Below, in pieces: positions 18,639 to 29,516 of a stretch of DNA of 57,190 bases. A program made the position numbers and the translations under genes. The notes beneath the pieces were generated by a model, which had not been told where the DNA came from, made no database searches, and saw only the letters and a list, made by a program, of their open reading frames with translations. This DNA comes from an uncultured Candidatus Bathyarchaeia archaeon (GTDB lineage: Archaea > Thermoproteota > Bathyarchaeia > 40CM-2-53-6): NCBI GenBank assembly GCA_964649235.1, contig CAZYOZ010000006.1, forward strand, positions 1 to 57,190. The letters are read 5' to 3'. Position 1 is the stretch's first letter. The number at the start of each line of letters is the position of its first letter.

Positions 18639-20330
18639 GTGAAGCACCGCGGAGCCCCTAATCTTATGCCGATTAAGCCGCAGACTTCTGTTGACGGGAA
18701 GATTTTCGGAATTTGGCGGGACGCTGGCCCTGCAGACGCTTTTGTTGCGGGTTTTCCCGGTTACGCTGGAAGAGTCTTCATTCCGTCGCCTGAAAACATC
18801 GACGGGCTTAGAAAGAGAATAGGAACTGCACAATTTCACTGCGAAACAGAATCGCAGCGCAAGCTGCTCGCCTGCATGGACACCTACTTGTCCGCAATAG
18901 AGCCTGCGAGCATTCCAGGAGGGATAGTTGACACAATCTTCGCCCACATGATAAAAGAAGGAATCAAAGTCAACCACATGACAAGCCTCGCCGAGTACGG
19001 CAAGAAAGCGCTTCGAACATACCTAGAAACCAACAAACAGAGGGATTGGCCCATAGGCCTGAAACTTCTCGCCACAATCCGATGCGATGGACTATTCGAG
19101 ATTCTGAATGTTGTTCGCTCCAATACAAGGAGCAGAGCACTCAAGGATGAGGCTGACGAACTCCTAGCCGAAGCGAAGAATTTTCAAAAACATGTGCGTG
19201 TCGAAGGGTTCTCGAAGGGCTCGTTCGACGAGGTCTGGAAAATAATTCGCGAACGAGGGTGCGCGTTAGACAGGCAGGAGATCTACCCTCGCGCGCTTCA
19301 TGACTTGTACGACTACCCCGAAACCCCAACACAAGTCGAAGAGAAAGGACTAAGATTTCTAGAGAATGAGCTCAGCGACTACAACAACCTCGTACGCGAG
19401 TTATCCGAAAAGCTGGGATGCGAAGCTCGGTGCGAGGCTGTGACGCAAGCTATCAGGGAAAGGAAGTCGCTGAAACCGAGAAAGATAATCCAGTTCATCA
19501 ATCAAGTTCGCAGGTTAATCGTGAAAATTGTTGACAAACGAATAGTCGCGGTCAACCCGAAATACTTCACTCGGGTCATAGAAACCCCGCCATATCTCTC
19601 GGGCGTAATCCCAAGTGGGGCCGCATTCTTTCTAGACTTCCTGACAAGAAGCCCTCGACAGTTTTTCCTGGCAACCACGGACCCGAAACGCGACCCGCAC
19701 ACAGTCCCGTCGGAGCTCATCAACCTTCTCGTCCATGAGGAGTACGGGCACTGCCTGCATTCATCGAATTCTGCGCTTGGCTACGGCGCCAAACCGGACT
19801 TCGTGGACATGCTTTCCTCAACCCTTGGAGGAGCAGTTTCGGAAGGAATCTCATTCCAACGTGAACTGGAATTCTTGGATTATCTCGGTAGTTTTCCAGG
19901 CGAGAAGACTCAGACTAAGGAAGAGAGATCGTTTGTGAAGTTGTGCGGGTCCTTGGGCGGCTTCGAGGAAGTTCGAAAGGAGTATGATTTCTTCACGAAG
20001 ACTTGGAGAATGACAAGGTTTCTACGCGTCATCGGAGATGCGCGCATCAATTCTGGGAAACAGGAATTGGCGGATTTCATAGATTGGGCTAACATGAAGA
20101 CAGGGTTGAGCAAGAGCATGGTCTACTTCCAAGTCTTTCCAGCCCACCAGAGCATCGGGCCAGGCTACGCGACGACATACGCAATCATAGGAGAATCAAT
20201 TCGGGAGATCCAGAAGGCTGCAGTGTCAGCAGGGAAAGACTTCGTGAAATTCAACACTTACGCCTGCTCGCAGGGCTTCCCACCGCGAACCGTTTGGGAA
20301 TCGCGTCTCTGGGAATTCGTGAAAAGCTAG
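18639..20330 (+). CDS. HExxH zinc-metallopeptidase-like protein (DUF885-like architecture)
   Basis: 'LLVHEEYGHCLH' HExxH motif lies ~2/3 along a ~555-aa protein. A possible true start is the ATG at 18666. Confidence 0.6.
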   Translation: MKHRGAPNLMPIKPQTSVDGKIFGIWRDAGPADAFVAGFPGYAGRVFIPSPENIDGLRKRIGTAQFHCETESQRKLLACMDTYLSAIEPASIPGGIVDTIFAHMIKEGIKVNHMTSLAEYGKKALRTYLETNKQRDWPIGLKLLATIRCDGLFEILNVVRSNTRSRALKDEADELLAEAKNFQKHVRVEGFSKGSFDEVWKIIRERGCALDRQEIYPRALHDLYDYPETPTQVEEKGLRFLENELSDYNNLVRELSEKLGCEARCEAVTQAIRERKSLKPRKIIQFINQVRRLIVKIVDKRIVAVNPKYFTRVIETPPYLSGVIPSGAAFFLDFLTRSPRQFFLATTDPKRDPHTVPSELINLLVHEEYGHCLHSSNSALGYGAKPDFVDMLSSTLGGAVSEGISFQRELEFLDYLGSFPGEKTQTKEERSFVKLCGSLGGFEEVRKEYDFFTKTWRMTRFLRVIGDARINSGKQELADFIDWANMKTGLSKSMVYFQVFPAHQSIGPGYATTYAIIGESIREIQKAAVSAGKDFVKFNTYACSQGFPPRTVWESRLWEFVKS

Positions 20331-20533
20331 AATTTCCAGACAGTAGCTAACTCGGCTTGGAGAGTTTCAAACGGAAGCTCCTCAGCAGCCTTACCTGTGA
20401 GCATTCGGCTGGGGCAGGCTGTAAGTTACTACGAGAGTAAATAGATTATAGGAAACCTTTTGGTGGCCTTGATTATTCCCGGAGCTTTCCGAGCTGCCTG
20501 AATACTGATGAAAAGATAGGCAGTGAGTCGGAG

Positions 20534-21769
20534 ATGGGAGCTCAAACGAGATGGATCTATCCGCCAATCGGTTTCGTCATGAACGTGGCGCTCGGAACGA
20601 TCTACAGTTGGAGCGTGTTCCGCCTCCCTCTAGAGCAATTATTCAACTGGACAACATTCGAATCGGGCTTACCCTTCACCGTGTTCCTTGCCCTCTTTGG
20701 ACTCACCATGCCGATGGCAGGGCGCGTGATGGGCATTCTGGGGCCGAAGAAGACGGCGCTGATCGGAGCCTGCCTCGTGGGGTTGGGTTGGATACTGGCA
20801 GGCTTTGTCAGCTACACGCCGTTCCCACTTGTGTCCATGCTTCTGTTCTACGGCGTCATTGCAGGAACTGGTGTGGGCTTGGTCTACGGCGTACCGATCG
20901 CTGTATCTAGCAAGTGGATCCCTGAGAGAAAGGGATTGGCCACTGGCATTACGATATTGGGCTTCGGGCTTTCACCTTTGATAACTGCCGTCACAGCAAC
21001 ATACCTGATCGAGAGTCAAGGTGTGCTCCAGACATTCCTGTACCTAGGGATCGTATTCGCCGCTCTCCTCGTTGCTCTTGCCCTTCCTCTCAGGTTCCCA
21101 GCCGAAGACTGGAAACCCAGTGCTCTCGCCGCTTCAAAGAAAGTGATCACCTACGCTGAATTGGCCTCTAAAGACATGGTTAGAACACGAACCTTCGGAG
21201 GATTGTGGCTAACTTATGTCTTCGGAACAACGGGGGGCTTCATCGCAATCTCTCTCGCTGCGAAATATGGTTGTGAAGTGTGCGGCTTGACACCGGCGTT
21301 GGCCGCAACGGCTACAGCAGTCTTCGCCGTCTTCAACGGTTTGGGACGACCAATCTTTGGGTATTTGTGTGACAGGATTGGGCCTCGCATTATCGCCATT
21401 TTGTCTTTCTTGATAATCTCTGTTGCTGCGGTGACAGCAATGGGCGCGACTACCCTGCAACTGTTTCTTGTTTCGTTTTCACTCCTTTGGTTTAGCTTTG
21501 GTGGGTGGTTGGCAATCGCCCCAGCAGCTACGTCAACGTTCTTCGGACTGCGCAACTTGGGCGCAAACTATGGGTTAGTCTTTACGGCGTATGGCATTGG
21601 TGCAATCGTCGGCCCCGTGATTGCCTCGTATTTGCGTGCCGTGACAGGTTCTTATGCTCCAGCTTTCATGACGACTGTGCTGCTTGCGCTGGTCGGATTA
21701 GTCGTGGTTTTCCTTACCTACAGAGTTCCGACTGCAAGATTGAGAGAAGCTGCAGTCGTGCGAATTTGA
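20534..21769 (+). CDS. MFS transporter, oxalate/formate antiporter-like
   Basis: 12 predicted TM spans and a 'KWIPERKGLATGITILGFGLSP' loop typical of the OFA family. Confidence 0.85.
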   Translation: MGAQTRWIYPPIGFVMNVALGTIYSWSVFRLPLEQLFNWTTFESGLPFTVFLALFGLTMPMAGRVMGILGPKKTALIGACLVGLGWILAGFVSYTPFPLVSMLLFYGVIAGTGVGLVYGVPIAVSSKWIPERKGLATGITILGFGLSPLITAVTATYLIESQGVLQTFLYLGIVFAALLVALALPLRFPAEDWKPSALAASKKVITYAELASKDMVRTRTFGGLWLTYVFGTTGGFIAISLAAKYGCEVCGLTPALAATATAVFAVFNGLGRPIFGYLCDRIGPRIIAILSFLIISVAAVTAMGATTLQLFLVSFSLLWFSFGGWLAIAPAATSTFFGLRNLGANYGLVFTAYGIGAIVGPVIASYLRAVTGSYAPAFMTTVLLALVGLVVVFLTYRVPTARLREAAVVRI

Positions 21770-21781
21770 GTTTGGCCCTCT

Positions 21782-23758
21782 TCACTTTGAGCCTTGCGCT
21801 GTCCCGATTTCAGCTTGGAGTTCACCGTAGGCTTTTTTCATTTCTTCTACGCTTGTTTCATCTTCAAGCGTAGTGACGTCACCCAGCGGTTTGCCCTCGA
21901 CAACTGCCCGTACAACTCTGCGCATAATCTTTGCACTGCGCGTTTTGGGCAGCTTGCTCACGAAGTAAATCGTTTCTGGAACAGCGATCGGCCCAATGGT
22001 TTTCCTAACGTGGTCCATTATGTCTCGCCTCAGTTCCGGGGAAGACATCTGCCCTGGCCTAAGCACGACGAAGGCCACAGGGACTTCCATCTTTACAGGA
22101 TCAGGTTTTCCTATCACAGCGGATTCTGCGACTGCGGGGTGGGAGATTAGACTATCCTCGAGCTCGATCGTTCCTATCCTGTGGCCAGCGACTTTCAAGA
22201 CTTCGTCAGCTCTTCCCAGGAGCCAGAAGTAGCCATCATCGTCTACCATGGCGTAGTCGCCAGCATAATAGATGCCCGGAAACCTTGTGAAGTAGACCTG
22301 TTTGAACTTCTCAGGGTCGTTCCAGAGAGTCATCAGCTGGCCTAGCCAAGGCCGCTTGATAACCAAGTAACCCTTCTCACCTGCAGGGGTAGGCTGTCCA
22401 TCGTCGCTGTACACATCGGGCTCGATGCCTGGTAGTGGCAGCGTAGCCGAGCCCGGTTTTAAGGGAATTCGCGCCAAACCCGGCTGCGGAGTGATTAGAA
22501 TTCCGCCTGTTTCCGTCTGCCACCAAGTGTCAACTATCTGAGTCTTTTCATGCCCAATATGTTTGAAGTACCATTTCCACGCTTCAGGGTTTATTGGTTC
22601 GCCAACCGTTCCGAGGAGCCTCAAGCTCGATAGGTTATGTTTCTGGGCCCACTGTTCACCATTTTTCATATGCATTCTGATGGCAGTCGGACTTGTGTAG
22701 AGAATCGTGACGCCGTATCGCTCAATAATGTCCCACCACCTATCAGGCTGGGGATAGTCAGGGGTGCCTTCAAAGAGAATCGAAGTGACGCCTCTCAGGA
22801 GCGGCCCGTACACAATGTAGGAGTGGCCCGTTATCCACCCTATGTCCGCCGTGCACCAGTATACGTCTTTGTCCTCCACGTCGAAAACGACTTTCTGAGT
22901 GTAGTAGACCCACACCATGTAGCCTCCTGTGCTGTGTGTTGTGCCTTTCGGCTTTCCGGTTGTGCCGGAAGTGTACAGTATGAAGCTGGGCGCGGTTCCT
23001 TCCATGGCATCCGGGGCAACGTAATTCTCGCTGGACACGACCAGTTCGTCGTACCAAATATCGCGGTCCTTCACGATGTTGACTGGGTTGCCGGTTCTCT
23101 TGACGACAATTACCTTCTCGATTGACGGCGTTTCTTGGACTGCTTGGTCAACAATCGATTTCAGCTCGATTGTTTTTCCTCTTCTGTAAGCGCCATCGGC
23201 AGTGATGACTACCTTGGATTGAGAGTCATTGATTCTGCTCGCCAGTGACCGGGACGTGAACCCCGCAAATACAACTGAGTGTATTGCCCCGAGCCTAACA
23301 CAGGCAAGCATGCTGATAGGAAGTTCAGGGATCATAGGTAGATAGAGGGTCACTCTGTCCCCTCTCCTGACTCCGAGGTTCTTGAGTCCCGAAGCCAATT
23401 TGTTCACTGCTGCGTGGAGGTCAGAATACGTGAGTACGCGTTTGTCCCCATTCTCTCCTTCCCAATAGTACGCTACCTTGTCTCTCCGAACCCCCGCCAA
23501 GTGTCTGTCAAGCGAGTTGTAGCACAAGTTTGTCTTCCACTTAGAGAACCATTTCCCATACGGAGGTCCGTCCGTTGCGTCGAAGACCGGTCCGTCCTTT
23601 TCGTACCAGGAAAGTTCCTCAGCAACCTTTCTCCAGAAGGATTGAGGATTGCGGAGGCTTTCCCTGTGAATTTCCTTTACAATCTTGATGTTCTCATCTT
23701 TCGTCTGTTTGTCTGGGTAGATGAGTGTCCTAGTTGGGAGAACCTCTCGAAGAGCCAT
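21782..23758 (-). CDS. acs: Acetyl-CoA synthetase (AMP-forming)
   Basis: 658 aa with the '[11 protein letters not shown]' AMP-binding motif, 'WWQTETGG', '[28 protein letters not shown]' and '[12 protein letters not shown]'. Confidence 0.95.
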   Translation of the reverse strand: MALREVLPTRTLIYPDKQTKDENIKIVKEIHRESLRNPQSFWRKVAEELSWYEKDGPVFDATDGPPYGKWFSKWKTNLCYNSLDRHLAGVRRDKVAYYWEGENGDKRVLTYSDLHAAVNKLASGLKNLGVRRGDRVTLYLPMIPELPISMLACVRLGAIHSVVFAGFTSRSLASRINDSQSKVVITADGAYRRGKTIELKSIVDQAVQETPSIEKVIVVKRTGNPVNIVKDRDIWYDELVVSSENYVAPDAMEGTAPSFILYTSGTTGKPKGTTHSTGGYMVWVYYTQKVVFDVEDKDVYWCTADIGWITGHSYIVYGPLLRGVTSILFEGTPDYPQPDRWWDIIERYGVTILYTSPTAIRMHMKNGEQWAQKHNLSSLRLLGTVGEPINPEAWKWYFKHIGHEKTQIVDTWWQTETGGILITPQPGLARIPLKPGSATLPLPGIEPDVYSDDGQPTPAGEKGYLVIKRPWLGQLMTLWNDPEKFKQVYFTRFPGIYYAGDYAMVDDDGYFWLLGRADEVLKVAGHRIGTIELEDSLISHPAVAESAVIGKPDPVKMEVPVAFVVLRPGQMSSPELRRDIMDHVRKTIGPIAVPETIYFVSKLPKTRSAKIMRRVVRAVVEGKPLGDVTTLEDETSVEEMKKAYGELQAEIGTAQGSK

Positions 23759-23979
23759 AGTGAAGCCTCTTTCCAGCCCGCGAACTCTGTGGCGAGTTCT
23801 TAACTGTTTAGTTCAAATTTCAGCTTCAGCACATGCAATAGGCAGTGTTCGGATGCTGCGAGTTTTGCTGTGGAAGTCCCTAGCATTGTCTCAGAGGAAT
23901 GATCGGGCACTTTCCAGAATTAGCACTTTGGAAATCAGTCTGAAGCCTTTTAACTTCACTTGGCGTCGGTCCCGCACCG

Positions 23980-24666
23980 GTGGATGCCTTGACATACTTC
24001 ATACTAATGCTGACGAAGAACGACTTGACGATTCCGAACGCTTTGGAAGTTTTCGATGAGATCAAGGAAACTGGAGTTAAGCATATCGGTTTCAAAGACA
24101 TCGGACTTCCGATGGCTCAACTGAAGGTCCTAGTTCAGAAGATGAAGAAGCGCGGAATGACGACGTATCTGGAGGTCGTGAGTGAGAGTGAGGAGGACAA
24201 TATGAAGTCGGTGCAAAACGCGCTGGAGCTTGGTGTGGACAACTTGATCGGAGGGACCTACGTTGCTCAGACCTTGAGGCTACTTGATCGTTCTGGGAAG
24301 CGCCCTCGGTATTATCCCTACATTGGGAAAATCGTAGGTCATCCTTGCCTTCTGAGAGGAACCATTGATGAGATCGTAGCGGATGGAAGGATGAAAGAGG
24401 CTTTGGGAATAGACGGGATAAACCTCCTGGCCTATAGATATGACGGTGAGGTTGAGAAGCTGATAACTTCCGTCCTTGAGTCACTGAAGATTCCAGTTAT
24501 CGTCGCGGGGAGTATTGACAGTTACGAGCGAGTGAGAAGAATGATACGGTTGAAAGTTGATGGCTTCACAATCGGGGGGGCCATTCTCGACAGAAAATTC
24601 ATGCCGAACCGCTCCTTGTCTGACCAGATAAGAGCGATTCTCAAAGAGACTGGAGAAACAAGCTAG
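23980..24666 (+). CDS. TIM-barrel-like protein of uncertain function (weak resemblance to the GlpP / G3P-antiterminator family)
   Basis: Alternating beta-alpha pattern and an 'IPVIVAGSIDSYERVRRMI..KVDGFTIGGAIL' C-terminal block. The family assignment is tentative. Confidence 0.5.
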   Translation: MDALTYFILMLTKNDLTIPNALEVFDEIKETGVKHIGFKDIGLPMAQLKVLVQKMKKRGMTTYLEVVSESEEDNMKSVQNALELGVDNLIGGTYVAQTLRLLDRSGKRPRYYPYIGKIVGHPCLLRGTIDEIVADGRMKEALGIDGINLLAYRYDGEVEKLITSVLESLKIPVIVAGSIDSYERVRRMIRLKVDGFTIGGAILDRKFMPNRSLSDQIRAILKETGETS

Positions 24667-24703
24667 ACAATCATCGGACTTAGCGAATCTCGCCTGCGAT
24701 TGC

Positions 24704-26263
24704 CTAATTGCTGCACGAACTTGGCTGCTTCTCTTGAAATGATGCTATGTCAGGAAAGAGGTCTTTAGCGGCGTAGTAGAGCTTGAGATATGTCTTGTAC
24801 AACTTGTCATAAGTTTCGTGAGCGTCGCGCGATGGGGACACTTCGTCTCCCGCCCGTATCGTTTCCTTGACAGCCGAGCGTACATCTGGGTAAACACCAA
24901 CGCCGACGGCGGCCAACAGAACAGCCCCGACTGCTGTGACTTCTTCATTCGCGGGCCTAACCGTTGTCTTGTTCGTCACGTCGGCCTTGATCTGTCTCCA
25001 TAGCTTGCTCCTCGCCCCACCGCCAGCCGTAGTAATCCTCTCCACATTCAGACCCAGTCTCTCCCCATGATCTATGACGTCCCTCAGCACGTACGCGCAG
25101 CCCTCAAGGATTGACCTGATCACATGCTCCTTTCTGTGGCTCAGTGTCAACCCGAAGAAAACCCCTCTCGCCTGAGCGTTCCATTCGGGAGTTATGGAAC
25201 CTGCAAAAAATGGGAGGCAGATAAGCCCCATGGATCCGGGTTCCGCTTTCGCAGCTTCCTCGTTCAGCACTTCGTACGGATCGACGCCTAACCGGCGAGC
25301 GGTTTCCACTTCGAACTGTCCGAATTGGTCTCGAAACCACCTGTAGAGTCCGCCAGCAACTATCCCTGTGTTCTCGAGGAGCCATGATTGCGGGGCTGCG
25401 CCTGCGTGACATTCAAGCAACATTTCTGGGTCAAAGGTGGGTTTGCTAACGCATATACAGACTGGTTCGGCTGTGCCGGTTAGGTCTAACAAGTCTGCGT
25501 GATTCATTACCCCGGCCCCGACAGCGCCCACCTCCTCATCGCCACCACCTACAACAACATTTGTGGATGGATCCAATCCTGTCCGTTTGGCCAGGTCTTT
25601 CCTGACTTTTCCCGCAACATTCGTTGAAGGTTGTACAATGGGCAACATCTCATACGGGATTTCAAGGATGTCGCAAAGCTTCCTAGACCATTCTTTCCTC
25701 GTAATGTCGAGCAGCATTGTGCTTGATGCATTGGAGTAATCTGTCGCATATTCCCCTGTCAGATGGAACAGAACATAGTCTCCCGGCAATAGTATTCTCT
25801 TCGTTTTTGACCAGTTTTCTGGTTCGTTCTCTCTTACCCATAGGATTTTGGCGGCGACGTGAGATGGGTCTGCGCACAAGCCTGTAAGAGCGTACAGTTC
25901 TCTGTCAGGAATCAGAGAGCGGATTCTGTCACACTGAGATACAGCACGTCGGTCCATCCAGATTATAGCAGGGCGAACGGGATATCCATTTGAGTCCAAT
26001 AGAACAAGGCCGTCTATCTGACTTCCCAATCCTATTCCGGAAATTGCAGATGGCGGCAGCTCTGACTTAGAGGTGAGGTTTTGTAGAGCGGCTTCTATTG
26101 CTCTCGACCACTCATCCGGATTCTGTTCTGCCCAAGCTGGTTTGGGATGGAACAGCTTGTATGGCTGGAAATCGGTTGCGGTGGTTCGTCCTTTTGAGTC
26201 GCAGAGGAGAGCCTTGATTCCGGTTGTTCCCAGGTCAAGACCCACAAGATGATGCTCGTGCAC
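24704..26263 (-). CDS. FGGY-family carbohydrate kinase (xylulokinase/glycerol kinase-like)
   Basis: 'LVGLDLGTTGIKALL' N-terminal ATPase motif, 'GGGDEEVGAVGAG' and 'TAGGGARSKLWRQIKADV'. Confidence 0.9.
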   Translation of the reverse strand: MHEHHLVGLDLGTTGIKALLCDSKGRTTATDFQPYKLFHPKPAWAEQNPDEWSRAIEAALQNLTSKSELPPSAISGIGLGSQIDGLVLLDSNGYPVRPAIIWMDRRAVSQCDRIRSLIPDRELYALTGLCADPSHVAAKILWVRENEPENWSKTKRILLPGDYVLFHLTGEYATDYSNASSTMLLDITRKEWSRKLCDILEIPYEMLPIVQPSTNVAGKVRKDLAKRTGLDPSTNVVVGGGDEEVGAVGAGVMNHADLLDLTGTAEPVCICVSKPTFDPEMLLECHAGAAPQSWLLENTGIVAGGLYRWFRDQFGQFEVETARRLGVDPYEVLNEEAAKAEPGSMGLICLPFFAGSITPEWNAQARGVFFGLTLSHRKEHVIRSILEGCAYVLRDVIDHGERLGLNVERITTAGGGARSKLWRQIKADVTNKTTVRPANEEVTAVGAVLLAAVGVGVYPDVRSAVKETIRAGDEVSPSRDAHETYDKLYKTYLKLYYAAKDLFPDIASFQEKQPSSCSN

Positions 26264-26269
26264 TTGTAT

Positions 26270-27403
26270 TCACATATTGAGTTCTCTCATGATGCCTTCT
26301 GCGTCTTCGATTGCAGGATGCCGTTTATGCAGGATTGTATAACGTTCTTTTCTGTGCTGCCACGCTCCCACGAATGCGTGCTTGGCCTTTTCCGCGTCAA
26401 CACCAATTTCGCTTGGAGTTGTAGGAGCACCCACCTTCTTCAGCGACGACATCAATGTCTCGGCTTGATACTGAGGACAGCGCGCCTTGTCCCACCAGTT
26501 CGGATTGTGAAGTTCATGGTACTTCGCCATGAGCAGACTCCCTATTCCGACCTGCTCGCCATGCTGACCGAACTTTGTATTGTTTCGTTCGGCATAATCG
26601 TCAAGCCAATGCGACCAAAGATGCTCAGAGCCCGATGCAGGCCTCGAAGAACCCCATATCGCTGTCGCGAGCCCCGACCTGATCTGCGCATTCGCTAGGC
26701 TTCTAATCGCTCCCTCACTTCTGGATTTGGCAGAGTCAACATTTTTGAGAAAATCGTCAAGCGCCGACATCATCAATGCCGCAATTGAGTCGCAGTATGG
26801 TTCTGACATCTCATCTCGACCAAGCTGCCAATCCTTCACGGCGGTGGCATCGCCGGCAAGGTCGCCGCATCCTGCCGCAATCATCCAGGCTGGCGCTTTT
26901 GAGATGATTGTGAGATCGACCATTACCGCATCAGCAAGATTGACGGGAATCGACTCTTTCTTTCCCGATACGTAGATGGATGCCGTCTTTGAGCTCATGC
27001 CATTGTTTGCTATTCCCGTCGAGAAGAGAATGTACCTAGCTCTTCTTCGGTGTGCTGCCAGCTTGGTTACGTCAAGAACGCTCGAACCTCCAACCCCGAC
27101 AAGAAAACTTTCTCCTTCAACCTTCGCAAGGACTCTTTCCACGTTTGCCTCGTCAGGTTTGTCAACAACCATCTCCGAAACGAAGTGCCCTTCTTTGCGC
27201 AGTAAGTCAATGATAGCCCGACCAGCGATTTCCCTAGTGTTCATGTCATGAACAACCAGGCAATTCTTGTCCAGAGCTAGTCTTCTTGTGAGGTCAGGGA
27301 TTTTCTGAAGAGCGTCTCTTTCGACTAAGATCTCCACGGGAGGCATCGAGTGCTTTCCGCATGAGCACCTCCATGACTTGTCCATCCAAGTCAACAATGT
27401 CAC
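26270..27403 (-). CDS. Glycerol-1-phosphate dehydrogenase-like (EgsA/AraM branch of the Fe-ADH/DHQS-like superfamily)
   Basis: 'LVGVGGSSVLDVTK' glycine-rich NAD motif and 'ASGSEHLWSHWLD' metal-binding His block. Confidence 0.7.
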   Translation of the reverse strand: MTLLTWMDKSWRCSCGKHSMPPVEILVERDALQKIPDLTRRLALDKNCLVVHDMNTREIAGRAIIDLLRKEGHFVSEMVVDKPDEANVERVLAKVEGESFLVGVGGSSVLDVTKLAAHRRRARYILFSTGIANNGMSSKTASIYVSGKKESIPVNLADAVMVDLTIISKAPAWMIAAGCGDLAGDATAVKDWQLGRDEMSEPYCDSIAALMMSALDDFLKNVDSAKSRSEGAIRSLANAQIRSGLATAIWGSSRPASGSEHLWSHWLDDYAERNNTKFGQHGEQVGIGSLLMAKYHELHNPNWWDKARCPQYQAETLMSSLKKVGAPTTPSEIGVDAEKAKHAFVGAWQHRKERYTILHKRHPAIEDAEGIMRELNM

Positions 27404-27495
27404 TTCTCGGTTAGCATCGCAGTCCGAATATTCCGCGAAGCCCTCTCGAACTCCGAACGTTATATGGCCAACTGCAGAAAGTCAGAGATGAAAGA

Positions 27496-28350
27496 CTATT
27501 CAGCGCCATATCGCTCTTCTACATCACGATACCATTTGCGGCTCGTTCCAATCTTTGCTCGCATCTTCCATTTGAGGCCCTTAGGAAACTCGTCGATATA
27601 CCTCCTCAAGGCATCGATCTTCTTGGCTGTGTCCGTTTTTTCATCATCAGACAGCTGGTCATACTTTGATGCGAACAACTTTACTTTGTCAAGGTTCATC
27701 GTAGTGGTATACCATAAACCCCAATCTTCCGCCAGCAGGGCTGCCACATATTTTGCGTTGATGTGGTCCTTGTCATCTTCTCCTACGTCATGCCCAAGAA
27801 GTAAGATTATCGCGTCTTTGATGTCCTTTTCGTTGATCATGACGATCTGCATCTTCTCCAGTAGGAGTTCCGCCAAAGGGATGGTTGGATAGTCCATCTC
27901 AAGTCGGTTCTTGAAGTCGATATCATGACTCATTTCCAACCTGTCAAAGAAGACATCGATTTTGAGTATTCCTTTCGGGTCGTGGTAGAAATGTCGCTGC
28001 GCCCAAACATGAATCTGATACTTGGCGTGTTCGTCCGCTGGATAACCCATTGCTGTGAAGAAAGCTTCTAGTCTGGGACTGAACTTGCCATAGGTCACTA
28101 GGTCCAAATCCGTGAACTCTTCTTTCGTGCTATTCAGGCGGTTGAGCCTCTTGTGAAGATTGGCTAGGTTCGGGGTGTGGATCCTGAAAGCTACAGCACC
28201 CATTATTCTAAGAATAATGCCATCCGCCTGAGCGGCATCAACGATTCGAGTCGCTGAATTTATGAAATCTTGGGCTGAAATTGGCGTAGCGCCCTCGACA
28301 GCGTCCAATGTCTGTGCTCCGGAGCTAGTGACTGTTTTTGTAGTGCACAC
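27496..28350 (-). CDS. Nucleotidyltransferase-like protein, triad copy 2
   Basis: 'ILRIMGAVAF', 'FTDLDLV', 'IDVFFD', 'LAELLLEKMQIV', 'DWGLWYTT' and 'RKWYRDVEE' are collinear with 3177..4004. Confidence 0.75.
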   Translation of the reverse strand: MCTTKTVTSSGAQTLDAVEGATPISAQDFINSATRIVDAAQADGIILRIMGAVAFRIHTPNLANLHKRLNRLNSTKEEFTDLDLVTYGKFSPRLEAFFTAMGYPADEHAKYQIHVWAQRHFYHDPKGILKIDVFFDRLEMSHDIDFKNRLEMDYPTIPLAELLLEKMQIVMINEKDIKDAIILLLGHDVGEDDKDHINAKYVAALLAEDWGLWYTTTMNLDKVKLFASKYDQLSDDEKTDTAKKIDALRRYIDEFPKGLKWKMRAKIGTSRKWYRDVEERYGAE

Positions 28351-28472
28351 TCAGACATGGAATTTAAGAATATTGAGAGCGAAATCCGTACCAACCAAAC
28401 CATTAAGAACGCAAATGCAGGCTGTGAGTTCCCTGCAAGCAAGCATTAAGATTGAACGGGTTGAGATTTCGG

Positions 28473-29396
28473 ATGTTTAGGATCTTCTTCGTCACAGACA
28501 TTCATGGCTCTGAGATCTGCTTCAGAAAATTCCTGAAGGCAGCGGAAGTCTACAAACCAAACGCACTCATGCTGTGTGGCGACCTGACGGGAAAATTCGT
28601 CATTCCAATCGCCCGAGAGCCGGACGGGGTCTTCCGCGCTCGCTATCATGGTGCTGATCTGGTTCTGAAAGGTGAGGAAGAACTCATTGACCTGGAAAGG
28701 AAATTTGGCGATGTCGGAGCGTACTACTATCGCGTTGATTCCAACGACTCTGACAAGGTCACGGAAGATTACAGTCGGAAGATGTTTCGCCAGAAGACGC
28801 AAGAGCGGTTGCGTTCTTGGTTGAAGCTCGCAGAAGAGCGCCTGAAACACAGGGGCGTCTCCGTCTATTTTTCCCCAGGAAACGACGATGAATTCAACAT
28901 AGACGAAGTGCTCAACGAATCGTCCTTTGTCATGAACTGTGAAGAGAAGGTAGTGGACGTAGCTGGTCATGAGATGGCTACCTTGGCTTGGACCAATCCA
29001 ACGCCTTGGAACACTGCAAGAGAGTGCTCCGAGGACCAACTGTATGAGCGCGTTGAGAAACTGCTGTCCCAAGTCTCAAGCATGAAGAACTGCATATTCA
29101 ATTTCCATTGCCCACCATTCGATTCAGGACTTGATTCAGCGCCGGAGTTGTCAAAGGATCTTATCGCAGGCACCGAGATGATTCCGGTTGGAAGCAAATC
29201 GATAAGGAAATCCATCGAGGCTCATCAACCAGTGCTTGGATTGCACGGGCACATTCATGAATCAAGGGGAGCCCTAGCAATTGGGAGAACGCTTTGCGTC
29301 AACCCTGGCAGCGAATACGGGGAAGGGATTCTTCGCGGTGCCATTGTGAACTTGGATAAAGGCGCCGTGAAAGGTTACATGTTAACGTCAGGCTAG
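28473..29396 (+). CDS. Metallophosphoesterase, triad copy 2
   Basis: 'FFVTDIHGSE', 'CGDLTGK', 'GNDD' and 'GHIHES'. The ATG at 28473 aligns with the starts of the two paralogs; the track ORF starts at a TTG at 28452. Confidence 0.88.
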   Translation: MFRIFFVTDIHGSEICFRKFLKAAEVYKPNALMLCGDLTGKFVIPIAREPDGVFRARYHGADLVLKGEEELIDLERKFGDVGAYYYRVDSNDSDKVTEDYSRKMFRQKTQERLRSWLKLAEERLKHRGVSVYFSPGNDDEFNIDEVLNESSFVMNCEEKVVDVAGHEMATLAWTNPTPWNTARECSEDQLYERVEKLLSQVSSMKNCIFNFHCPPFDSGLDSAPELSKDLIAGTEMIPVGSKSIRKSIEAHQPVLGLHGHIHESRGALAIGRTLCVNPGSEYGEGILRGAIVNLDKGAVKGYMLTSG

Positions 29397-29516
29397 GTCG
29401 TGACTTCTGCGAACGTAGAACGGTCTTTCACTACATTCTGTAATTACCAGTGAAATCATTCTCTCTCGAAAGTCTTTTCTGTGTACCGAGCAGCAGCCAT
29501 AGCAGGGAAAATCTCT

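Noticed and set aside
20470-20533. Possible C/D-box sRNA ('ctga atac tgatga ...') upstream of the MFS gene. A tgatg-rich stretch also lies near 32085-32130.
   Set aside because: Box spacing does not fit the C, 12-nt guide, D', C', 12-nt guide, D layout, and terminal C and D boxes are missing.
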